The notes beneath the pieces were generated by a model that was not told the DNA's origin, did not search any database, and saw only the letters and a list, made by a program, of their open reading frames with translations. Position numbers and translations under genes: made by a program. A DNA stretch of 64,000 nt from Diplonema japonicum (Eukaryota; Protista; Euglenozoa: Diplonemea): assembly GCA_964019335.1 (NCBI GenBank), contig OZ025684.1, positions 124,001 through 188,000 on the forward strand, written 5' to 3'. This document shows, in pieces, positions 55,652 to 64,000 of the stretch (position 1 is the stretch's first letter; each line of letters starts with the position of its first letter).

Positions 55652-57538
55652 TAAATAGATATATATTTTTTTTTTTCCCCCTGGTGATTCGATTTCTTGG
55701 TTTGCAGCATCTTTTTTTTTGCTTTTTTTTTTTTGTTTATATCTTTCTGTTTCAACATATAAAAAAAAAAAAGAGTTGGTTTGATTGTTGTGTTTGTGCA
55801 CAGCCGGGGCTAACCTGTAGAGGATAAGCCCCAAACAATGCTTTACCACTACTCTTTTTTAGCAATAACAATTCACTAAATCGATATATTGTTTTTTTTC
55901 TTTTTTTTGTTCAAGCAAAAGAAAAATAAGAGGTTTAAAAAAAAAGAAAAAAAATTTTTTTGATCACAAAGAACGCATTTTCGCCAAATTTTGTAAAAGA
56001 GTGATTTGATTTTTTTTTTTTTTTTTGCAAAAGATATGAACGGCCCCTTTTTTTACTTAGCCTTTTTTTTTTTTTCGCCGCAACAACCACTTAATGTTGC
56101 AGCTGATCCCCGTAAAAAACAGGAAAGGTTACACAGAAAAAAGAACTATTCTAAAAGGTACACGTTTTTCTTGCGCTGGCTACTCTCGGTTCGCTATGGG
56201 TGTACCGGCTTCTTGTCTGTCCTGCCACACAGCCCTCCTCGCCTTGACTCAGGCCTACCAGGTCCCTTGCAGAAGCAAAAAAAAACTCGATAAAATTTCA
56301 GTGTGCATGGGGGTGCTCACTGTGAAAGTCTCGCGGACGGCAGGATAAAAAAAAAAAAAGAGAGAAGAAAAAGAAATTCGATCTTTAACGTCAAGGTGAC
56401 AAGTAAAAAAAAAAAAAAACGGCACATTTTTGAAGTGTAGCTTCTTAACTTGTGACACCTTTCAGACAGGGCGTGCCCGTCTGGGGGGGAGGGGGGAAGA
56501 AGAAGAAAAAAGAAAAATGGAGAGAGGGTGGTGAGAACAGTGCCAGAGGACACCTACAGCTCGTACGGTGGTGGCAAGCTTTTTTTTCTTTTTCTTTTTT
56601 CTTTTTTTTTTTTTTTCTTTTTTTTGCAAGCGCCCCATGGGGCTATAATTTAATAGCTGCTAGAGAAGAGAAAATCCTAGAGGTAACATTTCATAAAAAA
56701 AATATAAGTTTTGCTCCGAGGCAGTTTTGGGTACCCTCTTATTTGCAGTACTTCCGCAGTTCTCGGGGAAAAAAAAAAAAAAAGAAATCATAGAGATATA
56801 TAACGCATAAAGATTCCCCCCTCCCCCCTCCTTCATTCATTTTTCTTTAAAAAATCATTTTTCGTTCCCATTTTTTCTTTTCTTTCTTTCTCGTTGTTAA
56901 CAACAAAACCCGAAAGAGAAAGAGGGAGAGAGAAGAAAAAAAAAAAGAAGAAAAAAAAAAAGAAACAAAGAAAAAAAAGACCTTCTTTTTTTCTCGTTTT
57001 CTTTTTTTTGGGGGGGGGTAAAAATCAATGCATTGGCACCCAAAAAAAACAAGGTCCAACATTTGGCCATTCTGGGCTCTTTGCCAATTACGTGAATATA
57101 AACGATGTCTTTGAAGGTAACCCGCAGTATGTGACTTGACTATCTTGCTTTATTTCCCCTTTTTTTCTTCTTCCTTTTTTCTTTGTTTTTTTTCTTCTTC
57201 TTATTACTCTCCATCTTTTCTTTCCCTTCTTCTAAGGTAGAGCTAGAAAAAAAGAGGGGGGGGGAGGGAGTGAAAATGAAATTTCTTTAACCCTTTTGAT
57301 AAGAAAGAACCACATTATTATTGTTCTATTAAATCGCAAAAAAAAGGGGGGGGGCCTTGCCACCTGATGAAATATACTGGTACCCACGGGAGGGAGGGGG
57401 GAATTTCTTTTTTTTTTTTTTTTTTCATTCATATTTCTTTCTATTCACTTTTGCCCTTACAAAAAAAAAAAAAAAGTATATATAAGGGTTATAATACTTA
57501 CGTCCTTTTCCTTTTCTTTTTTTTTTTTTCTTCTTTTT

Positions 57539-60500
57539 TCATTGTTGTCGAAACCCAGGAAGAGATGCTTTCATCCATACATACAACCGATTTGTATTGA
57601 TATCCCAGTGGGTGGGACGTGGGAGGAGCGATGCAGGGTCAAGTTTGATTCTCAAGTTCAAAGGAGGAAGACAGTTTTCCCTAACTGATGACATTTCCAC
57701 ATCATTCAACCCATCCTCAATCCTAACCGGTGGTGAGAGAACTTCAATCGGAGTCCTGGGCCCCTCTCCTATTGCCCAGTTTGAGTCGAGAATACCTACT
57801 GCAACCTGCCTGCGTAGATATGTCTCATACTCGTCTTCAGCCTTGTAACGCTCTTCTTCATCGCTGATGACTGTCGCTCCATTACCCCCCAGAACAGCAG
57901 GGGTTCTGTTTTTGTACCTTGCGGTGTACGCGGCAAAGTCGAGGATCAGCTTCACAGCGTTCAGTACAACTAAGCTTTGCCCTGTCTTTTCTGCTACCGG
58001 TACTGCCCAGTGCTGAGTGTCCCTTGGAGCATCGCCCATTGCGAGGATAGTGAACAACATTGTGATAACCTCACATAACACAACCCCTGCCTCGGCGATG
58101 TTCTCGTACATTCTAATGTACGGGCGGATGACAACTATCGCAAGAAACATTGATAACGACAGTGCGCCCATCAACACAACACGTGCCATGCACAGTTCCC
58201 ATTCCCTAGGGGACCATGCGGCAACAACGGCCAGCATCGCTAGTAGGATGAGCTCCATGACGAGGAAATATCTTGCAGTTGGTTTGTACTGTTGGAAGCA
58301 CAGGGAGTGCAGTGCCATCCATGAGATGTGTTCGACGGTGCATTGTTCGGGGCCCCATTCGTGGCTCCCGAGCCAGAAGTCGTCCCACGCCATGCGGCGC
58401 TCGCTGATATTCAGACCGCAATTCCATCGTCGCCTTCGGAACCTTGTTTGTACCAGCATGCTCTTGATGACCATCACCATGTACACAGGAAGAACCGCCA
58501 CCACGACACACCCAATACCGCCGATTACTTTCAATCCCGAGTCTTCATGCATCAGTACTGTTGCAACGCCCGTCACTATGCCGCCGAAGAGAAAGACAGC
58601 GGGTAGCGGGAGCAGCCCGAACCTCGCCGTGTGCATGAGCGTCATGTTGTGTTCGCTGACGGGCACGATGCCCGAGCCTGCGATGGAGTGCATCTCGTGT
58701 TCTTTGCAACGCAGCAGCCATTTTCTGTAAAGCCATGCGTACCACACAGCGCAGAATGGCACCAAGCACAGCGCTAGCAATATGTTGTACACGACAGCAC
58801 CAAGGTACTCCCCGTATTGTCCATCGCCCAGTGCTACTTGCAGTGGGTAGAGGGTTCTGTCCATTCGGCGAGGAGCATTGCTAGGACACTGGATGGCTGT
58901 TAAAAGAATTGACGCGCGAGACAGTTTCGTTCCAGCATTGGCGCCGAGAGGTGTGTTGGTGACAAGAGAAACCACAAGTGCGGCAAGCGAGACAACGGGG
59001 GCATCGGAGAGAAGGTCTTGCGCAAGCCCCAGAGCCAGACGTGGCACGTCCTGGTGGATCACGATGCTACGGGTACACTCGTTGTTTTGCACGCACGCTT
59101 CGTTGTATTTCTCTTTGGAAGAAAACACAGTGGGCTGCAGCGTGAAGGTGACGACCTCATCCTGGTCAGCACGGAACTCACTCTTTCCAGCGATCAACAC
59201 CTCGATTTTTCTCTCACTGTTCCATGTTGCCTTCAGCACCGATGGATCCTTCTCATACATGGCAGCCAACCCGTGTGGGGACGCACGCTGTGCGACATTA
59301 GTAGTCACAAGGATATCTTCTGCCTGCAGTGCTGTACCTGCTCTGACATTCGTAACATTCAGCGCCAATGTGTACTCCATCTTCACAAAGGCATCTGATG
59401 CAATCTGAACTACCAGCTTCAGTCCTGACCGCATGCTGCCACCTGAGACTGTGTCCTGCTTGCCCAGCACCACTACTTCCTGGTCATCTGTATGGATTTC
59501 TTTTTTCTATTTGGAAAGTCATACCTTTCGTGTCTGGCGCTGCCGTGGGCGTAAGAGTCGGTGCCTCTGTAGGAGGAGCAGGTGTGTCCGGTGCATCCGA
59601 AGGGGTTGGGGTAGGGTTAGGTGTGTCAGGTGCTTTGGTGTCAGGTGCTTCGGTAGGAGGGGCAGGTGTGTCCGGTGCATCGGTAGGAGGGGCACGTGTG
59701 TCTGGCACCTCGGTAGGAGGGACAGTAGGGGGTGCAGGTGTGTCAGGTGCATCAGTAGGAGGAGCAGGAGTGTCTGGCGCATCAGTGGGCGGTGCATCGG
59801 TAGGAGGGGCACGTGTTTCTGGTGCATCAGTGGGAGGTGCAGGTGTGTCTGGTGCATCAGTAGGAGGGACAGTAGGGGGTGCACGTGTGTCAGGTGCATC
59901 AGTAGGAGGAGCAGGAGTGTCGGGTGCATCGGTAGGAGGTGCAGGTGTGTCTGGTGCATCAGTAGGAGGAGCAAGTGTGTCAGGTGTATCAGTAGGAGGT
60001 GCAGGTGTGTCGGGTGCCTCAGTTGGAGGAGCGGTAGGGGGGGCAGGTGTGTCTGGTGCATCAGTGGGAGGGGCAGGTGTGTCGGGTGCATCAGTAGGAG
60101 GTGCAGGTGTGTCAGGTGCATCAGTAGGAGGGGCAGGTGTGTTTGGTGCATCAGTAGGAGGAGCAGTAGGAGGGGCAGGTGTGTCTGGTGCATCAGTGGG
60201 AGGGGCACGTGTGTCTGGTGCATCAGTAACAGGGGCACGTGTGTCCGGTGCATCAGTAGGAGGAGCAGTAGGAGGGGCAGGTGTGTCTGGTGCATCAGTG
60301 GGAGGGGCAGGTGTGTCTGGTGCATCAGTAGGAGGGGCACGTGTGTCCGGGGCATCAGTGGGAGGAGCAGGTGTGTCTGGTGCATCAGTAGGAGGGGCAC
60401 GTGTGTCCGGGGCATCAGTAGGAGGGGCGGTAGGAGGGGCAGGTGTGTCAGGTGCATCAGTGGGCGGTGCAGGTGTGTCTGGTGCATCAGTAGGAGGGGC

Positions 60501-61518
60501 ACGTGTGTCCGGGGCATCAGTAGGAGGGGCGGTAGGAGGGGCAGGAGTGTCAGGTGCATCAGTGGGCGGTGCAGGTGTGTCTGGTGCATCAGTGGGAGGG
60601 GCAGGTGTGTCTGGTGCATCAGTAGGAGGAGCAGGTGTGTCTGGTGCATCAGTGGGAGGAGCAGGTGTGTCAGGTGCATCAGTAGGAGGTGCAGGCGTGT
60701 CGGGTGCATCGGTAGGAGTAGCAGTAGGGGGGGCAGGTGTGTCAGGTGCATCAGTGGGAGGTGCAGGTGTGTCCGGTGCATCGGTCGGGGGTGGGCGGGT
60801 ATCCGGTGCTTTTGTCGGTTCGGCTGTATCAGGGGGACGGGTGGCCGGCGCATCGGTGGTTCTGAAGGGAGAAATCAAAACAATTTGAACAAACATACCT
60901 ATTGATAAGCGTGGCCTGGCAGCTCAAGCTATCAGGATCCTCGGTACACATCAGTTCTGGGGCCTCACATGTAGTCGACGTGCAAGTAGCCCGGCAACCG
61001 CTGCAGTCGACGGAGCATGTGTCGGTGGACGTACATTGAAAGGTGAGGCCTTCACAGGATGTGGTTTTGCAATTCAGTATGGTTTTGTAGCCTTGCATGA
61101 CGGATAGGCCTTTGCAGGACAGTGGGGTAGAGCAGCCGATGTCGCAAAGATCGCCGCAAGCCACTTTCGCGCCAGTGCAGGAGTTAGCAGTCAGACAGGA
61201 GAGGGACAGAATGCCTTTTCCCGTAGATGTAAAAACGTTCAAGTCCTTGCATGCACCACCCGTTTTGCAAACGACGGCGCACTTAGATGATTCATGGCAA
61301 GCGAGCTCGGTCCCATCACATGCCCCATCGGACGCGCAGGTTAATTCGCACCCACCAGCCGGACATATTATATCCTTGTTCTTGCACATCTGCCCAACAC
61401 ATTCTATTATACAGGGGGCCGTGCTTGCAGGGCAGCACACCCCCAGTGCAGCATCATCGCTGTCGGTGCTGCACGCAGACGTCTGTTGCACGAGAATTAG
61501 GATGAACAGCCATCTCAT
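57539..61518 (-). CDS. Large surface protein: signal peptide, Cys-rich domain, Pro/Thr mucin stalk, multi-TM C-terminus; 3 exons (introns 60862-60898, 59488-59524)
   Basis: MRWLFILILVQQTSA signal; in-frame splicing LINR|TTDAP and DTK|DDQEVVVLG; several hydrophobic helices in the last exon. Confidence 0.85.
59560..60860 (-). repeat. Coding tandem repeat, 30-nt unit (TDAPDTPAPP) with 12-nt TAPP inserts
   Basis: Visible periodicity; variation mainly at third codon positions of the minus-strand PT frame. Confidence 0.95.
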
Positions 61519-62120
61519 CTCCTGGGAACGAATACTCGTGTTAAGTATGTATGGACCGAAGGAAAAAAAAAAGGGTGAGAAAAGTGGGGGGATTAAGAAA
61601 TACGACTTTATTTATTTTGGAGAGTTTGATTCTCGAAAACGCATTCCAGAGAAAATAAAAGAAGGGGGGATAAAATGAAAAAAAAGTTGTTGTGCTTCTC
61701 CAAAGTCAAATGAAATAAGGGGGGCGGGGGGGCAAATAATCTTAGCTAATCACAACATGTCCATTTCCCCTTTTTTTCTTTTGGCTTTTTTTCGTTGGCT
61801 TTTGGCAGATAAAAAAAAATAAGGTGTCGCTTATGCTTTTAAAAAAAAAACCCCCCCAAAAAATACATATATGAGTGAAAGGAAGTCTTTGTGAGACGCA
61901 CCCCTTGAAAAAAATTCAAATTAACATGCAAGCTCCTGAGACGAAAGCCGCAGCATGCCCTAAAAAGGGAAGAAGGGGGTATGGTCAGTACTAGGCATCT
62001 CTCGACTCCTCCAGGTGCTGTCCTCATCAGGCGAGAGGCACCCTTCAATGGCTCCTACTAGCGTCCCAGCAGGTTGGAGAGTACTTTTTCCCGACCACCA
62101 AAAAAAGAATTTAACGTTCG

Positions 62121-62151
<31 letters not shown>

Positions 62152-62168
62152 CCTTTGCAATACAACCA

Positions 62169-63110
62169 TCACGCTGTCTCAGGAGCGAGAGGGGGGAATG
62201 ACTTCCCGTCACTGTACTGCAGCCAGTTTCGCTTGGACCAGCTAACCCCCTCCGAAGGCCCTTCAACAAGGTGCAACTGGTAGCTGTGACGTGACGCATT
62301 TGAGGTGTTCTTCAGCGAGAAGTGATCAACCTCTCCATGGATTAGAACAAGATCGCCTTGTTTCACAGGAAGCGGTTCGAAACCAAGCTCCTTACCTTGC
62401 TCAGCGGTGGTGACAACGAGCCCGTCAGTTTCGTCTTGAGGAACATCAAGATTTTCAAACATGATACCGGGGGCTTTCTTGTCGCCCTTCTCGAAATAAT
62501 CAGGGTTTCTAACAAATAACTTGCGGACTCCCCTTTTATGCGACCCTGGCCTGGCCCACAGGCACCCGTTTTCCATTGTTGAATCTTCCAAGGCTAGCCA
62601 AAGACCCAGACAGGTGCATTTAGGTATTGTGTGTAAAAATGTGCTGTCTTGGTGTATCACAGCAGAGTCGCCAATGCGGGGTTGTTTGAAGATGTACATG
62701 GATTGGGGTAAAACGGGGTTTTTGTAACCGAGCGCGGAGGTTACAGCATTGTATTTTGCGGAGTTTGAGAAGGCTTTGAAGACAGGGTCGAGGACGTGCA
62801 GGGCGTGGCCTACCTTGTGTACTGCCACTGACTTGTCAAAGTCTTTCTTGAGGACACCCGCATCAGTGGCACCGGGTTCGAGAAAAAAACTGATTTTGTC
62901 GCTGGAGTTAAAGAAGTATTCACTATTGAGGTGGGCTTCGGAGCTAACGTCGAAAACGCTGTGCTTTGACTCCAAGGGGTCCCACTCTTTGATGAGCGTG
63001 CCCATCCTTGTCATCAAAGATTCGCATTCTTCCTTTGTCGCAAACTTTTCCACTACGGCTATGCCGTCGCGTTCATAGGCTTCTACTGCTGAAGGCTTGA
63101 TGGTGGTCAT
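62169..63110 (-). CDS. PhyH-family 2OG/Fe(II) dioxygenase (PHYHD1-like; start MTTIKP)
   Basis: KVGHALH..DPVF, QSMYIFKQPRIG, HQDSTFL, WLALEDSTMENGCLW..PGSH, DHFS..N.S..SRH. Confidence 0.93.
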   Translation of the reverse strand: MTTIKPSAVEAYERDGIAVVEKFATKEECESLMTRMGTLIKEWDPLESKHSVFDVSSEAHLNSEYFFNSSDKISFFLEPGATDAGVLKKDFDKSVAVHKVGHALHVLDPVFKAFSNSAKYNAVTSALGYKNPVLPQSMYIFKQPRIGDSAVIHQDSTFLHTIPKCTCLGLWLALEDSTMENGCLWARPGSHKRGVRKLFVRNPDYFEKGDKKAPGIMFENLDVPQDETDGLVVTTAEQGKELGFEPLPVKQGDLVLIHGEVDHFSLKNTSNASRHSYQLHLVEGPSEGVSWSKRNWLQYSDGKSFPPLAPETA

Positions 63111-64000
63111 GTTTTTTTCTTTTTTTTCTCTTTGGTTTCGATGAGTTTTTTTTTTTTTTTGGTAGGTAAATAAAAAAAAATAAAAAAAAAGAGGTGGGGG
63201 GTGGGGGAAAATATTGAATGATGCCAATGAGGTAAAAAAAAAAAAATAAAGGGGGGTAAAAAAAAAAAAAGGGAGGGAAAGAAAGAAAAAAAAAAAATGG
63301 GGGAGGGGAAAGGGAGGGAAAAAAATTCATTCGGACAAAAGGAGCAAAAAAAAAAAAAAAAAAATCAGTTTCTGAATTTTGGTAATGGAAAGAGAAAAAA
63401 AAAATAATAAAAATGCAACACAAAAGGAAGTCATTTTGTTTTTTGGTATTTTTTTGTTTTTGTTTTTTGGGGAAATGGGAAAAGTACATCAAAGAAAAAG
63501 GCCATTTCAACAGGGCGAATGCAAGGTAAGTGCCTAGGACTTAAGATAAACCCAACAGTTTCACTTTCGCCTTGCGCCCTTTCTTTTTTTTTGTTTCTAC
63601 TTTGGAATATCGAATATGGTTTTAAACTGACAGATGGCTGCAAAGACGCTCAAAAGACGGGGAGAGCGGAAGAAAAAAAAGCTTTTTCTCTTGAGATGAA
63701 AAGTTTTTTTTTCCCCTTCCCCTCTATTTTTTTTGTTTTTTTTTTTAAAAGATTTGATGAGCGCAGAGAATTCGTCATTGCAGGTTTAATGATTGCAGCA
63801 CATGATTATTCTTTTTTTTTTTTCTTTCTGAAAAAAAAAAAAGAAATGAAAAAAAAGAGGGGGGAAAAAAAAAAGAAGAAGTTTGAAGAACTTGGGATGA
63901 AAACGTCCTTTCCCCCCCCTTTTTTTTTCTCGTTTTTTTTTTTTTCTTTTTTTTTCTTCTTTTTCTTTTTTCGTTTTCTCCCCCCAGTACACCTATACAA

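Noticed and set aside
59368-60905. Long + strand ORFs (GASVGGAGVS and Cys/Arg repeats) and the alternate minus-strand Leu/His frame
   Set aside because: Shadows of the 30-nt repeat; only the PT frame splices in frame to the flanking exons
1-64000. tRNA, rRNA or spliced-leader RNA genes
   Set aside because: None recognised by eye; needs tRNAscan-SE or Infernal to exclude

Overview
Eukaryotic nuclear DNA, most likely from a diplonemid (Euglenozoa; inferred from gene families, GTATG-type short introns and unidirectional gene layout, not from a database match). All 16 supportable host genes lie on the minus strand and are separated by homopolymer-rich intergenic DNA full of small mobile elements. 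Five genes are membrane class III nucleotide cyclases (two catalytically intact, three degenerate). The others are a cyclic-nucleotide-binding K+ channel, two Ubl-ankyrin paralogs, a pseudokinase-ankyrin, two small Cys/His proteins, a ShKT prolyl 4-hydroxylase, a DEK-C-like protein, a KCTD-type BTB protein, a CinA/PncC-like protein, a mucin-like surface protein and a PhyH dioxygenase. The standout gene (26964-30455) fuses an intact adenylate cyclase to cytochrome b5, a 3/3 globin and an FAD/NAD(P)H reductase, which suggests a self-reducing gas or redox sensing cyclase. The standout non-coding signals are (i) a diverse family of ~105-145 nt elements with conserved termini that end in T runs and insert into T tracts, and (ii) a non-LTR retrotransposon remnant whose T-tailed 3' stem-loop is shared with a ~330 nt non-autonomous element. 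Also present are pogo-like TA elements and MITEs, TTAA piggyBac-like MITEs, an intron-containing hAT remnant and palindromic elements. Most short ORFs in the track are homopolymer artefacts or antisense shadows.
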